Shown here in pieces: positions 36,089 to 46,520 of a stretch of DNA of 64,000 bases. The number at the start of each line of letters is the position of its first letter. The first letter of the stretch is position 1. The translations under genes and the position numbers were made by a program. Under the pieces are notes generated by a model. That model saw nothing but the letters and a program-made list of their open reading frames with translations. It was not told where the DNA came from and did no database searches. The DNA comes from an uncultured virus (IMG/VR IMGVR_UViG_3300027278_000006) (lineage: Duplodnaviria > Heunggongvirae > Uroviricota > Caudoviricetes): positions 1 through 64,000 of IMG/VR virus record IMGVR_UViG_3300027278_000006; one strand, written 5' to 3'.

Positions 36089-37069
36089 TTATAAACCTAA
36101 CATTTTCTTCAGTTGTTCTCTTTTTGAATCTTCACGCTTATTGCGTTCTCCAAATAAATCGTCTCTACGACTTTTTAGACGACCTCCCATTCTTTTTGCC
36201 TTCTCTTCTCTTTCGCCTCTTGGAAGTTTATTCAATCCTTTACTTCTACCTTGATGTTGATTATCAAGAACATTTTGTGCTTTATAAGTCGTCTTTACAC
36301 CTTTATCAATTTGCTTATCAGATTGGTCTGCCGCTGTCTCAACAATAGTTCCAATAGTTTCGGCATCCATTACCAACATTACATAATTTGCCTCTTCTAC
36401 GGTGTCTGTGTGCCCTTGTGAGAGGAGATACTCAAGCACAAGGTCATAGGCATCATATCCATAAGAGTCGGTAGTAAATGTCTTTTTACCAGTATCATCA
36501 TAAGTTACACTACCCTTTTTTCCACCAAGAGTTGCTGCATATTTTGTTCCGGAAGTAACTGTTCCTCCTTTACCACCGGCAGCGTTCACTACTTTCCCTG
36601 TGGATTCTCCAGGTTTCTCTGAAGATGAGGGTTCTACTTTTGCAGATGGTGTTGCTGGTTCTCCTCTAAGTGCTGGTCCGAGTTTTCTTGTTTGCTCCAA
36701 ACCTTTACCTACTGCTGTTCTTCCAGCTCCTCTTGTAAGTAATTCATCTGCTGTTAATGCACCAAGACCAATAGCTCCATACTTTCCACCCTTAGTTACT
36801 ACATTTTTTAATACAGGTTTTGCTCCAACCTTTGCTACATTTAATCCTCTTGCCCCATAACCTAATAATGCTTTACCTACAGCTGCCCAATTCTCAGTTA
36901 CATAATTCTCATACATCTCTTCCCAAGTATAATCACTTAGATCATAACCTTCTTCTAAAAGTGAATTAACCCAGTTCTCAACTTCTTCCCATACTTGCTC
37001 TTCTGTCAATTCTTGGGGAGCATATACTGCTTGATATGCCTCCATCAAGTCTACAATTTCTTTTGACAT
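36089..37069 (-). CDS. Late low-complexity protein, paralogue of 38438-39634 (probable start MSKEI at 37069)
   Basis: Identical N-terminal module LMEAYQAVYAPQELTEEQVWEEVENW..; TATAAATA at 37092-37099. Confidence 0.75.
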   Translation of the reverse strand: MSKEIVDLMEAYQAVYAPQELTEEQVWEEVENWVNSLLEEGYDLSDYTWEEMYENYVTENWAAVGKALLGYGARGLNVAKVGAKPVLKNVVTKGGKYGAIGLGALTADELLTRGAGRTAVGKGLEQTRKLGPALRGEPATPSAKVEPSSSEKPGESTGKVVNAAGGKGGTVTSGTKYAATLGGKKGSVTYDDTGKKTFTTDSYGYDAYDLVLEYLLSQGHTDTVEEANYVMLVMDAETIGTIVETAADQSDKQIDKGVKTTYKAQNVLDNQHQGRSKGLNKLPRGEREEKAKRMGGRLKSRRDDLFGERNKREDSKREQLKKMLGL

Positions 37070-37103
37070 ATGAATAAACACTATTTTCAATTATTTATAA
37101 AAA

Positions 37104-38360
37104 TTAACCTCCCGGCTTCAATTTAACACCAAGTTGTTTGTTACGAGAAGCATCACTTGTAGCAGCTGTCTTAAGTTTTGCGGCAGCAAGTTTAGCATCA
37201 TTTGCCTTATAAGCACCGGCAAATAAAGACCTACCAACTCTTTCTAATGGATTGGATGATGTCTGAGCAAGAGATTTTGTATCTGGTTTTTTATAAACTG
37301 CTTTTCCACCTTTATATGCAAGATATCCGACACCCTGCTTTCCTGTTTTTGGATCCGTAACAACAGAAGTCTTACCCAATTGAGCGGTTTTTCCGCCACT
37401 TGTAATCGTATTCTTTTTAGTATCAAAGGAAGTCTTTCCGCCGGTTCCAACTAATGCACCACCAGATTGACTCTTACGATTATCAGTTGCAATTTGCTTT
37501 CTTCCTACTGCATTTGCTCCGGCAACAGTATCAAATGCCTTACCTGCAGCAGCGGCTCCTGCTGCTTGCCCAGCATATCCACCGACTGCGGTTCCAACTG
37601 GACCAGCAAGAGATCCTGCAGCACCACCGGCAATACCACCACCAACAGCTCCTAATGCTGATGCTGTGCCTTTGGCTAGAGATCTTAACCACCCAGAACC
37701 CCTAGATTTCTCAACTGCGGTATCAACTACACCGGATAAAACACCACCAGACTTCAATCCCGGAACACTACCAGGTTTGAAGTTTTTAATATTTTTTGCA
37801 TTATTTTTTACCGTCTGAAATGCACCGGGACCTTTTCCTGGATTTGTTGTGCTTCTTGGAGTTTCAGTTCTTCCAGTACCAGGACCTCTGTACTGATTTG
37901 GGTTTCTTCCGGAAGATGGGGTTGTGGTTGAACTTGATGGAGGAGGTGAAGATGTTCCTCTTCCACCACTTCCACCAGAAGGTTGTGAAGGTGGAGTGGA
38001 TGATTTAGGAGGTGTTTTAGTTTGTTGTGTCGTATCAGAAGGTTGTGAAGGTGGAGTGGATGATTTAGGAGGTGTTTTAGTTTGTTGTGTCGTATCAGAA
38101 GGTTGTTCAGGTTGTGGTTGAGGTTTTCCACCAAAAGGAGAATCTGCTTTGTTACCACCAGGAACTGTAGTATTCTTAGACCTATTACGCAATAATTCTT
38201 CTTTAGCTTTTCTTCTAGCCTCTGCTCTTTCCTTATCAGGATCAAAACCCCTTTTAAGGTCTCTTTGTCTTATTCTTTCCTGTTCGGCAGCATCTCCAGT
38301 ATATGTAGCGTCTTTTACAGCATCTCGTGCCTCTATCATAAACTCTCTAAAACTTTTCAT
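37104..38360 (-). CDS. Late basic protein with CTS-like N-terminus and glycine zipper
   Basis: MKSFREFMIEA; GAVGGGIAGGAAGSLAGPVGTAVGG; TATAAATA at 38381-38388. Confidence 0.75.
   Translation of the reverse strand: MKSFREFMIEARDAVKDATYTGDAAEQERIRQRDLKRGFDPDKERAEARRKAKEELLRNRSKNTTVPGGNKADSPFGGKPQPQPEQPSDTTQQTKTPPKSSTPPSQPSDTTQQTKTPPKSSTPPSQPSGGSGGRGTSSPPPSSSTTTPSSGRNPNQYRGPGTGRTETPRSTTNPGKGPGAFQTVKNNAKNIKNFKPGSVPGLKSGGVLSGVVDTAVEKSRGSGWLRSLAKGTASALGAVGGGIAGGAAGSLAGPVGTAVGGYAGQAAGAAAAGKAFDTVAGANAVGRKQIATDNRKSQSGGALVGTGGKTSFDTKKNTITSGGKTAQLGKTSVVTDPKTGKQGVGYLAYKGGKAVYKKPDTKSLAQTSSNPLERVGRSLFAGAYKANDAKLAAAKLKTAATSDASRNKQLGVKLKPGG
37976..38106. repeat. Perfect 60-bp tandem duplication in CDS
   Basis: 37981-38040 identical to 38041-38100. 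Confidence 0.95.
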
Positions 38361-38437
38361 TTATTTCTTACTTTTTTAGTTATTTATAAAAAAACCCCTC
38401 CTGGTGGAGAGGTCTTGTGATTACTTGAAAAATAATA

Positions 38438-39634
38438 TCAACCTTCTTTTTTTGGCATTTTAGCACCAGAAGTGTGCCTTTCAGTGCCTGCAGCATCTCT
38501 ATAAGTTTCTCTTTCTCTTCTTGGTGTTACATAACCTACTCCAGGGACATTTCCAGTTTGTCCTCTATCTCTGGCAGCATTTCTTTCTGCTGCTCTTTTC
38601 GCTGCTCTTTGGCGATTCTTATCGTAGTTGTCACCCTCATTTAAAATACTCTCTCTCCACTCTTCACTCATATTTGCCATAATAGCAAGTGCCGATTCTT
38701 CAGTATCGGCATAACCTTCATCAAGAAGATGACCTTTGATTACATCAAATGGGTCAAAATGAGAAACCATACTGCCGGGTTTTTTGGAACCAAGTGTAGG
38801 TGCCTTTGGTGTGGATGGAGTTGGGGTTGTTTTTGCAGCGGCAGGAGTTGGACTAAATGCTGGTGGTTTTTCCATTACCTTAGCAGCAGTTTGTTGAAGT
38901 GCTCCACCAGCAGACTTTGCTGCCTGAAGTGCTTTCTCTGGAGATGCTCCCGATGCTCTTGCCGATTGTGCTGCCTTCAATTCGGCAGATGTTGGAGTCC
39001 TTCTCTCAAAGGTAGTGCCCCCAAGTTTACCCATTGCAGGTCCTGCTGGTTTTGTGGGTGTTGGTGATACTTTAGCGGGAGCACCGGCAGAAGGTCTAGG
39101 AGCACCGCCAGAAGGTCTGGCGGCAGCGGGTGCTGGTGCTGCTGGTTTTGTGGCAGGAGCAGGAGTTCTAGTGATGGGAACAGGAGTAAGTCCAGGAGTT
39201 CTATTGGCAGGAGCGGCAGGAGCAGGAGTTTTTACTTGTGTGGATGGGGGAGCATATCTACCAAATCCACCAGTATTTTGGAAAGTTGGGGATGCAGGTT
39301 TCCTTGTTGGTTGTCCGTAAATACCTGTAGTTCTTGGTGTGGCGTCTGCACCGGAACTTGTTATAGATTTAATGGCATTACCTACAGCAGTATCTAACTT
39401 ATTAGGTTTAGTTTTAGTATTTCCCCCCAGATTAGTTCCATAAATTTCTTCCAAATACTCTTCATACATCTCCTCCCAGGTATAATCACTCAGGTCATAA
39501 CCTTCTTCAAGAAGTGAATTGACCCAGTTCTCAACTTCTTCCCAAACTTGCTCTTCGGTGAGTTCTTGAGGAGCATATACTGCTTGATATGCCTCCATCA
39601 AACCATATGCATCAGTACCAGTAAGTCTAGACAT
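38438..39634 (-). CDS. Late Pro/Ala-rich protein carrying both shared modules
   Basis: N module as in 36089-37069; C module LLDEGYA..MSEEWRESI as in 31190-32119; TATAAATA at 39661-39668. Confidence 0.75.
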   Translation of the reverse strand: MSRLTGTDAYGLMEAYQAVYAPQELTEEQVWEEVENWVNSLLEEGYDLSDYTWEEMYEEYLEEIYGTNLGGNTKTKPNKLDTAVGNAIKSITSSGADATPRTTGIYGQPTRKPASPTFQNTGGFGRYAPPSTQVKTPAPAAPANRTPGLTPVPITRTPAPATKPAAPAPAAARPSGGAPRPSAGAPAKVSPTPTKPAGPAMGKLGGTTFERRTPTSAELKAAQSARASGASPEKALQAAKSAGGALQQTAAKVMEKPPAFSPTPAAAKTTPTPSTPKAPTLGSKKPGSMVSHFDPFDVIKGHLLDEGYADTEESALAIMANMSEEWRESILNEGDNYDKNRQRAAKRAAERNAARDRGQTGNVPGVGYVTPRRERETYRDAAGTERHTSGAKMPKKEG

Positions 39635-39681
39635 CTTTTCTTATAAGTTCTTTATAGTTTTATTTATAAAAAAAGAGAGCC

Positions 39682-39843
39682 TCAAGGACTCTCATTAGTT
39701 TTATTATTCAACCAAATATAAGAATAGTCGTGGTCTCCAAAAAGCACATCATCATATTCGGCAGCATCCTTATAAGATTTTATAATTTCTTCTTCACACC
39801 ACTCATCGTAATTTCCATCACTATTGAGTATTTTTGGTGTCAC
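39682..39843 (-). CDS. Small acidic hypothetical protein (53 aa, GTG start)
   Basis: GTGA overlap with the nrdB stop. Confidence 0.5.
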   Translation of the reverse strand: MTPKILNSDGNYDEWCEEEIIKSYKDAAEYDDVLFGDHDYSYIWLNNKTNESP

Positions 39844-41021
39844 AACTTGAATCCGGAGAAAGTATTAGCACCAACATCCTGTTTAATACCACCAATCACA
39901 TAGGATTCTTTTTCCGTTTCCATAGGTGCCTCCTGAAGTTCTCTTGAATTCAACCAGTGTGAGGTCCAAGGAAGAGGATTATTCTTCGCAGGAATATCAT
40001 AAAGTGGGCGAAGACCAATTGCCTTCATTCTGCGGTTGGCAGTCCATTCGACATACTGGCAAAGAAGTTTATCATTCAGACCAATCATAGAACCATCCTT
40101 GAACAAATATTCTGCCCAGAGTTTTTCTTGATTGACTGCATTCTCAAAAGTCTTATAGACCCACTGCTCTTCTTCCTGTGAGATTTTCTTCATATCAGGG
40201 TCATCACCCTCCTTCCATTTGTTGAGAATGTTCTGAGTAATGACCAAGTGCTGACTCTCATCACGGGCAATTAGACCGATGATTTTTGCACTTCCCTCCA
40301 TAAGTTTGAGTTCGCCAAATGCAAAACTGCAAGCGAAACTGACGTAAAAGCGAATACCTTCAAGAATATTAACGTTTGCAACTGCTCTGAAAAGTTTTCG
40401 TTTGAGTTCATATCTTTCTGCCTGTGCGTAAGGAACTGATTCTTGGGCGTATTTCCAAAGTTCAGAAGTTCCATAATGTTGAGCACTATTGATGAAATCA
40501 TTATATGCTTCGGTGACACTCACGGCACGTTCTAGGATTCTTTCATCACGAAGAATTGTATCAAAGACATCCGCAGGGTCCGAATAAACATTCTTAATGA
40601 TATAGGTATATGAGCGACTATGAATCATCTCCATAAACTCCCAGACCTTCATACATGCTTCCAATTCAGGAAGAGAGCAGTAGGGAGCAAATGCCATACC
40701 GGGACCTCTTCCCTGAACCGAATCAAGCATAATCTGATATTTCAGATTACTGGTGAAAATATGTTTTTGTTCTGGACGTAATGTTTGATAATCACCACGA
40801 TCTTTCTGAAGAGATATTTCTTCAGGTCTCCAAAAGTATCCAAGTTGTTGCTGAGTTAATTTATCAAAGATTGGATACTTGTAAGAATCATAACGCTGGA
40901 TGCCCAGAGGTGCTCCAAAAAACATCGGTTGCTTTTTAGTATCTACCTCTTCAGAGTTAAAAACTGTCATTTGATTGACCACATTCTTCTCCGCTAGTTT
41001 TGTCTTAAAGTTAAAATCCAT
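39840..41021 (-). CDS. nrdB: Ribonucleotide reductase class Ia beta subunit
   Basis: FWRPEEISL, LDSVQGR, EMIHSRSY, LEGIRFY, RDESQH. Confidence 0.97.
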   Translation of the reverse strand: MDFNFKTKLAEKNVVNQMTVFNSEEVDTKKQPMFFGAPLGIQRYDSYKYPIFDKLTQQQLGYFWRPEEISLQKDRGDYQTLRPEQKHIFTSNLKYQIMLDSVQGRGPGMAFAPYCSLPELEACMKVWEFMEMIHSRSYTYIIKNVYSDPADVFDTILRDERILERAVSVTEAYNDFINSAQHYGTSELWKYAQESVPYAQAERYELKRKLFRAVANVNILEGIRFYVSFACSFAFGELKLMEGSAKIIGLIARDESQHLVITQNILNKWKEGDDPDMKKISQEEEQWVYKTFENAVNQEKLWAEYLFKDGSMIGLNDKLLCQYVEWTANRRMKAIGLRPLYDIPAKNNPLPWTSHWLNSRELQEAPMETEKESYVIGGIKQDVGANTFSGFKL

Positions 41022-41066
41022 AATTTTTATTCTCTAAATTAACTCACACTTTTATATTTACTCAGG

Positions 41067-43367
41067 TCAGATTTTGCAACTTTCACAGTCGTTTTCATCA
41101 GAACTCATAATGTCATTCAGGAGTGATTGAAGGTCTTCTTTTGATTCTTCAACCACTTCATCGGTCTTAATGTCATAAGTATTCTGATAATAACTTGTTT
41201 TCCATCCCAATTTGTAAGTTGTAAGAAGGTCTTGTGCCATCACCGACACAGGTACTTCATTATTGGGATAATTTTCTGGATTATATGACCAGTTTCCAGA
41301 AATTGCCTGATCAAAGAACTTTTGCATAACAGCAACAATATTGATATAACCAGTATTGCTAGGCATATCCCAAAGAAGCGTATAGTTGTTCTTAAGAGTT
41401 TGATACTGGGGTACAATCTGTTTGAGCGGACCCTTCTTTGATTTCTTAATGGACAAGTATCCCCGAGGTGGTTCAATTCCATTTGTTGCATTTGACACAA
41501 CGGAACTGCTCTCCGAAGGCATTTGTGCCGACAGTGTTGAGTTCCGTACTCCATATTGCTTAACTTGTTCCCTAAGACTATCCCAATCATATTTCAAATT
41601 ATTCGGAACAATTTCATCAACATCTCTCTTGTATGTATCAATCGGTAGAATACCCTGACCATACTTGGTACGATGAGAATACTCACAGGCACCTTTTTCT
41701 TTCGCAAGATTTACGGTTGACTTAATCAGATAATATTGGAATGCCTCACTCAAGTCGTGAACCAGATTCCAAGATGCAGGATCCTCATATTTGACGCCGT
41801 GCTTAGCAAGGAAGTGTGCCAAACCAATATAACCTATCCCAAGTGATCGGCGCCTCTTGGTGAAGTTCTCTGCTGCCTTTACGGGGTAATTTTGATAGTC
41901 AATAATCTCATCCAAAGCACGAACAGAAAGATCGCAAAGTTCTTTCATATCATCAAAGTGCTTTAGTTTTCCAACATTTATCGCAGATAGAATACAAGTT
42001 GCGACTTCTCCATTCTCATCATCAATATGCTGTATTGGAGTCGTGGGTTCGGTGATCTCCATACAAAGGTTACTCATATTAACCTTATCCAGATAAGAAC
42101 TATGAGAGTTGCAGTGGTCAATATTCATAATGTAAATACGACCGGTCTCTGCTCTTTCCTTCAGAAGATCCAGAAAAAGTTCTTGTGCTCCAATAGTTTT
42201 TCTTGGAATAGACTCATCTTGCTCCGCATTTACATATATCTCATCGAATGAATCTGTACCAAAAGCATCATACAATCCGGGAACTGAGTGTGGGGAGAAA
42301 AGTGTGATCTCCTGATTCTTGATGAATCTTTCATAGAACAGTTTGGATATTTGAATTCCATAATCCAATTTACGAACACGATTATCTTCAGTTCCTTTGT
42401 TATTTTTGAGAACTAGAATGTCTTCTATTTCTTGGTGCCAGATAGGAAAGAAAACTGTAGCAGAACCACCTCTGATGCCGTTCTGAGTGCAGCATCGGAC
42501 AGTTGCTTCAAACTTCTTAAGGAAGGGCACCACGCCTGTGTGTTGTACCTCTCCGCCTCTGATTTTGCTGTTGATGCCACGAATTCTACCAGCGTTAATA
42601 CCGATACCAGCCCTTTGTGAGACATATTTACCAATAGCCACATCGCTGCTAAAGATGCTATCGAGGGTGTCATCAACATCAACGAGAACACAAGATGCAA
42701 ATTGACGAAGCGGAGTTCTGACTCCTGCCATAATCGGCGTTGGGATGTTGATTTTGTGCTTGCTGATTGCGTCATAATATTTTTTAACGTAATCCAAACG
42801 AGTTTCCTTTGGATATTTAGAGAAGATGGTAGCAGCAATCATCAGGTACATAAACTGAGGAGTCTCATAAAGAGCACCAGAACTTCTATCCTGAACCAGA
42901 TACTTATCAACTACCTGACGGAGACCCGCATAAGTGAAGAGGTAATCACGCTCATGAACAATAAAGGATTGAAGTTTATCAAACTCTTCATCACTATAAA
43001 GACTTAAGATCTCTTCATCATAGACACCCTTATCAACACAATTATGAACGTGTTCAATCAGAGTAGAGCACTCGTGCATACGACCGAATAACTGCTTGCG
43101 GAGAGCGAACAGAAGGAGTCTGGCAGCAACAAACTGATAGTTAGGATGGTCAAGGTCAATCAAGTCGCTTGCAGAGCGAATTAGAATCTCCTGAACCTCC
43201 GATGTAGTAATGCCATCATAAAACTGAATACCGGACTTCATTTCAACCTGAGATGCCGATACTCCTGCCAAGTCCTTACATGCTTCTTCTACCATTAGGT
43301 GAAGTTTGTTTAAGTCAAGACCCTCAATCGATCCGTTTCTTTTAATAACCTTTGTTCCGTTGCTCAT
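41067..43367 (-). CDS. nrdA: Ribonucleotide reductase class Ia alpha subunit
   Basis: ATP cone VIKRNG, PTPIMAG, SNLCME, C-terminal CESCKI. Confidence 0.97.
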   Translation of the reverse strand: MSNGTKVIKRNGSIEGLDLNKLHLMVEEACKDLAGVSASQVEMKSGIQFYDGITTSEVQEILIRSASDLIDLDHPNYQFVAARLLLFALRKQLFGRMHECSTLIEHVHNCVDKGVYDEEILSLYSDEEFDKLQSFIVHERDYLFTYAGLRQVVDKYLVQDRSSGALYETPQFMYLMIAATIFSKYPKETRLDYVKKYYDAISKHKINIPTPIMAGVRTPLRQFASCVLVDVDDTLDSIFSSDVAIGKYVSQRAGIGINAGRIRGINSKIRGGEVQHTGVVPFLKKFEATVRCCTQNGIRGGSATVFFPIWHQEIEDILVLKNNKGTEDNRVRKLDYGIQISKLFYERFIKNQEITLFSPHSVPGLYDAFGTDSFDEIYVNAEQDESIPRKTIGAQELFLDLLKERAETGRIYIMNIDHCNSHSSYLDKVNMSNLCMEITEPTTPIQHIDDENGEVATCILSAINVGKLKHFDDMKELCDLSVRALDEIIDYQNYPVKAAENFTKRRRSLGIGYIGLAHFLAKHGVKYEDPASWNLVHDLSEAFQYYLIKSTVNLAKEKGACEYSHRTKYGQGILPIDTYKRDVDEIVPNNLKYDWDSLREQVKQYGVRNSTLSAQMPSESSSVVSNATNGIEPPRGYLSIKKSKKGPLKQIVPQYQTLKNNYTLLWDMPSNTGYINIVAVMQKFFDQAISGNWSYNPENYPNNEVPVSVMAQDLLTTYKLGWKTSYYQNTYDIKTDEVVEESKEDLQSLLNDIMSSDENDCESCKI

Positions 43368-44335
43368 ACTTTCTTCCATTCGGTAAACTTTACTTTTGCT
43401 TCTAAACCTGAGTGAGTATTTAATTTTAACACATCCATAACCGAAAGTCCAGCAAGCACCATATCGTTAATGTCTTTTTGCTGAATAGATTTGGACCATA
43501 CTATAATTTTGTTTCCATCTTCAATAATCTTATTCATTCTACTACATATTTCTCGATTTCGTGGTTCGTTATCAAAGACATAAACAACATCCTTAAAGTT
43601 ACAGGATGATATATCAACATCGGCACCACACATAGCAATTCCATTCTCTACAAACTCAGAGTCAAATGGTCCTTCGACAATATAAACCGTCTCATTTACA
43701 TTTACCTTATTGAGTCCATAAAGTTTGGGAATCGAATCATCCAAGATGACGGTAATGTATTTAACATTGTTCGGTCCTAGTGCTCTTCCTTGAAATCCGA
43801 AGACTTCTCCTTCCCTAGTGTATAGTGGTATGACTATACGACTCTCGTCCTTTACAATCCTACTATATGTGGGTTTTTGAGTATTCACCCACTCCTGAAA
43901 CTTGTCAGCAAAATAAAACTTTTCTGGATTGAGTTTTCTTTTTTCCAAGTATTCTTTAGCAATTTGATTTGATGATGCTTTTGGAAGGTCTAGTTTCTTG
44001 GAAAAAGTTGGTTTTGAGAATTCAAACTTTGGTTCTTCAACCACGAAGTTCTTACCAGTATATCCTTCCTTAAACTTCTCCATCGTATATTGTTTATGAA
44101 GAGTAGGGTCTAATTCTTTGAGAAAATTATTGAAGGACATACTTGCCCCACAGTTATGACACTTAAAGTTTGTATTAGTCTTTACGGCATACAAATACCC
44201 TCGTGTCTTACTTTTATTCTTTTGAGAATCTCCACATAGGCAACATCTGAAGTTATAGAGGTCTGCTTTAACTCTTTTAAATTTCTGAAGGCGTGAAGAA
44301 ACTAATCCAATATACTTGGAATCAATCAAGTCCAT
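43364..44335 (-). CDS. DNA primase (T4 gp61-like)
   Basis: NFRC..CGDS..KCHNCG, FQGR, VEGPFDS, DNEPRN. Confidence 0.95.
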   Translation of the reverse strand: MDLIDSKYIGLVSSRLQKFKRVKADLYNFRCCLCGDSQKNKSKTRGYLYAVKTNTNFKCHNCGASMSFNNFLKELDPTLHKQYTMEKFKEGYTGKNFVVEEPKFEFSKPTFSKKLDLPKASSNQIAKEYLEKRKLNPEKFYFADKFQEWVNTQKPTYSRIVKDESRIVIPLYTREGEVFGFQGRALGPNNVKYITVILDDSIPKLYGLNKVNVNETVYIVEGPFDSEFVENGIAMCGADVDISSCNFKDVVYVFDNEPRNREICSRMNKIIEDGNKIIVWSKSIQQKDINDMVLAGLSVMDVLKLNTHSGLEAKVKFTEWKKV

Positions 44336-44345
44336 TATGAGGGTA

Positions 44346-44789
44346 TTATTTTGCTTTCTCTATTCTAATCTGTTCTGCGTCTGGTGTCAAGACATCCACA
44401 ACCATACCTGACTGAGAAAACACAAAAGAAATTATTACTAAAGCACCTACAACTAACCAACGAAACTTTGTTACGTCATCAACTTTTTTATCTACCGATT
44501 CTATGCGGTTATCTATCTTTTTTTCTAATGATTCAAACCTTTCGATTACTCTACCGTGCTCTTCTGTATTTTTATCCTCCATCACTCGAATTCTACTAAA
44601 AATTACCTCATCAGTCTTATTAGTATTATCTAACTTTTCTTCGTGAACTGCTAACATCTTTGAGATGTTTTGACTGGTCTGCCCCATTATTTGAATGGCT
44701 TCATCTATCTTTTTCATCATAACCTCATAGGAAGTAAGACGTTCTTCTAGAACTGCAATTTTTGTTTCGTTAGATGATTTGTTAAACAT
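44346..44789 (-). CDS. Coiled-coil protein with C-terminal TM segment
   Basis: KMLAVHEEKL; FRWLVVGALVIISF. Confidence 0.7.
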   Translation of the reverse strand: MFNKSSNETKIAVLEERLTSYEVMMKKIDEAIQIMGQTSQNISKMLAVHEEKLDNTNKTDEVIFSRIRVMEDKNTEEHGRVIERFESLEKKIDNRIESVDKKVDDVTKFRWLVVGALVIISFVFSQSGMVVDVLTPDAEQIRIEKAK

Positions 44790-44852
44790 TTTTTTGTTGG
44801 TGGATATTGGGTTCTACAAAACAAAAAAATCAAGTAGTGGTCTTGCTATTAT

Positions 44853-45065
44853 TTATTTGGGTTTTCTTCTTTGCATTCTGGCAAGATTTTTGAAGAATGG
44901 GTTCCAATTCCTCCTCTTTCCTTTTCTCAAATCTACTGGAGGACTATCACCCGCCTCTGCGGTTCCTGCTATTTTTCCACCAACAAGACTATTGGTAGGA
45001 GCACCAGTTACCATACCCTCTTCTTTGAGAGTGTGGATAATATCAATAATCTTGTTTATATCCAT
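44853..45065 (-). CDS. Small hypothetical protein
   Basis: MDINKII..LKEE..APTNS; TAATG coupling. Confidence 0.65.
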   Translation of the reverse strand: MDINKIIDIIHTLKEEGMVTGAPTNSLVGGKIAGTAEAGDSPPVDLRKGKRRNWNPFFKNLARMQRRKPK

Positions 45066-45436
45066 TAGATTTTCTGCAATTGAGACAGACACTCAGAATC
45101 TTCAATAATTTCGTGTATCTGAGTTTTGGGATATTCCGGTAAACGATTTAAGAAAAGTAAAAAACTTTTAATAGACGGCCAAAGTTCCTTTTCTAAGTTA
45201 TAGAATAACAAAGGAACTGTGGCATCATTAAAAACATTAAAGAGGATAATAAGATGATTTAATATTAAATGCGTCTTTAATTCGCCAGTATTTTTATATC
45301 TTTTTAATAATCTCTTTACATATCTTATTCTTTTCAAGTCAGACTCAAAGTCCTCCATCGTTACTGATTGGGGATTTTCATAATACTTAATGGCAAATAA
45401 TATATAATTATTCTCATTCAACTCATCAAATCTCAT
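45065..45436 (-). CDS. Conserved T4-like cyanophage hypothetical protein
   Basis: FAIKYYENPQ..DLKRIRYVKRLL..LILNH. Confidence 0.75.
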   Translation of the reverse strand: MRFDELNENNYILFAIKYYENPQSVTMEDFESDLKRIRYVKRLLKRYKNTGELKTHLILNHLIILFNVFNDATVPLLFYNLEKELWPSIKSFLLFLNRLPEYPKTQIHEIIEDSECLSQLQKI

Positions 45437-45437
45437 A

Positions 45438-46205
45438 TCATGCTTTAATTGTTAAAGTAGTAGTTCCAATACCAACACCAGATGTTGTTCCTGCACCTGC
45501 AATATTTTTAACAAGTCCGACAATAGTTTTATCTACTGCGGCACCACCAGAAGCATCAGTAATAACACCAACAACACCACCAGTAGTTGCAATTCTAAGA
45601 ACAGTTCCAATACCAGTATTAGGAGCAGTAAATGCAAATCCAACTCTATTAGTAATTTGTCCGTTAAAAGTGATTACAGTTTGTCCTATTCCGGGAACAT
45701 TAACTTGAACTGGAACTCCTGTAGAAGCTGCAGTAGCAACAATATTTGCTCCAGTAGATTGAGAAATAAGAACAGTTGCTCCAGCGGAGCAGTATACCAT
45801 TTCGTTCCATACTATATGAACATATCCAGTAGTTCCGGTTCCAATTCCAGTTGTTCCACCGGCACCGATGCTAATTGGAGAAGCAAGATTAGGATCCTCA
45901 AAGAAAACAGCAATTGGAGTTGCTTGCCCTAAACCAGTTGTACTTGTTCCAGCACCAGCAGTATTTAATCCAGCTACAGGAACTAAAATAGAATCCCAAT
46001 AGCGAGTAGAAATTCCAGAATTACTAGTAGTCTTATAATGTCTTTGAATCCATCCACGATTATCTGCAAAACAATTATAAGGACTTCTGGTTCTATCAGT
46101 TGCTTCGAATTGACCGTTTGCAGCAGAATAGTTGCCCAAATATTTTGGAATCGCGTAATTATTTGCTGCAGTTTCAGCGTTTGTTGAAATGCCCCAAAGT
46201 GACAT
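45438..46205 (-). CDS. Probable virion structural protein
   Basis: MSLWG start, Gly/Thr-rich; TATAAATA at 46238-46245. Confidence 0.7.
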   Translation of the reverse strand: MSLWGISTNAETAANNYAIPKYLGNYSAANGQFEATDRTRSPYNCFADNRGWIQRHYKTTSNSGISTRYWDSILVPVAGLNTAGAGTSTTGLGQATPIAVFFEDPNLASPISIGAGGTTGIGTGTTGYVHIVWNEMVYCSAGATVLISQSTGANIVATAASTGVPVQVNVPGIGQTVITFNGQITNRVGFAFTAPNTGIGTVLRIATTGGVVGVITDASGGAAVDKTIVGLVKNIAGAGTTSGVGIGTTTLTIKA

Positions 46206-46295
46206 GTTTCTTACCTACAAAATTCTTTTTCTAGTAATATTTATAAAAAAAGGAGACCCTAATATTTGGTCTCCTTATTATCAACCCCGTTTAGT

Positions 46296-46481
46296 TCAGG
46301 GAGTAGGATCTACTGCACCTTTTTTCTTAAGATTTTGCTGAACTTGAAGAATAACGTATGAAACTAAACCATTTGCCTTTAATTTTGGAACTGCACCAAG
46401 GAACTCAGAAACAACTAAAAGAATAGTTGCTACTGCTGCCTCATTAGCAATAACCCAAGCCCAGAGAGCTGCGACTGACAT
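46296..46481 (-). CDS. Small hydrophobic protein
   Basis: GAGG RBS; TM-like segment. Confidence 0.6.
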   Translation of the reverse strand: MSVAALWAWVIANEAAVATILLVVSEFLGAVPKLKANGLVSYVILQVQQNLKKKGAVDPTP

Positions 46482-46520
46482 AATTACCTCGTGTGAAGAG
46501 TATCCTGTATTATTTAGGAA

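Noticed and set aside
36905..39600. Diversity-generating retroelement suggested by duplicated segments
   Set aside because: Differences are synonymous rather than adenine-specific and no reverse transcriptase is present
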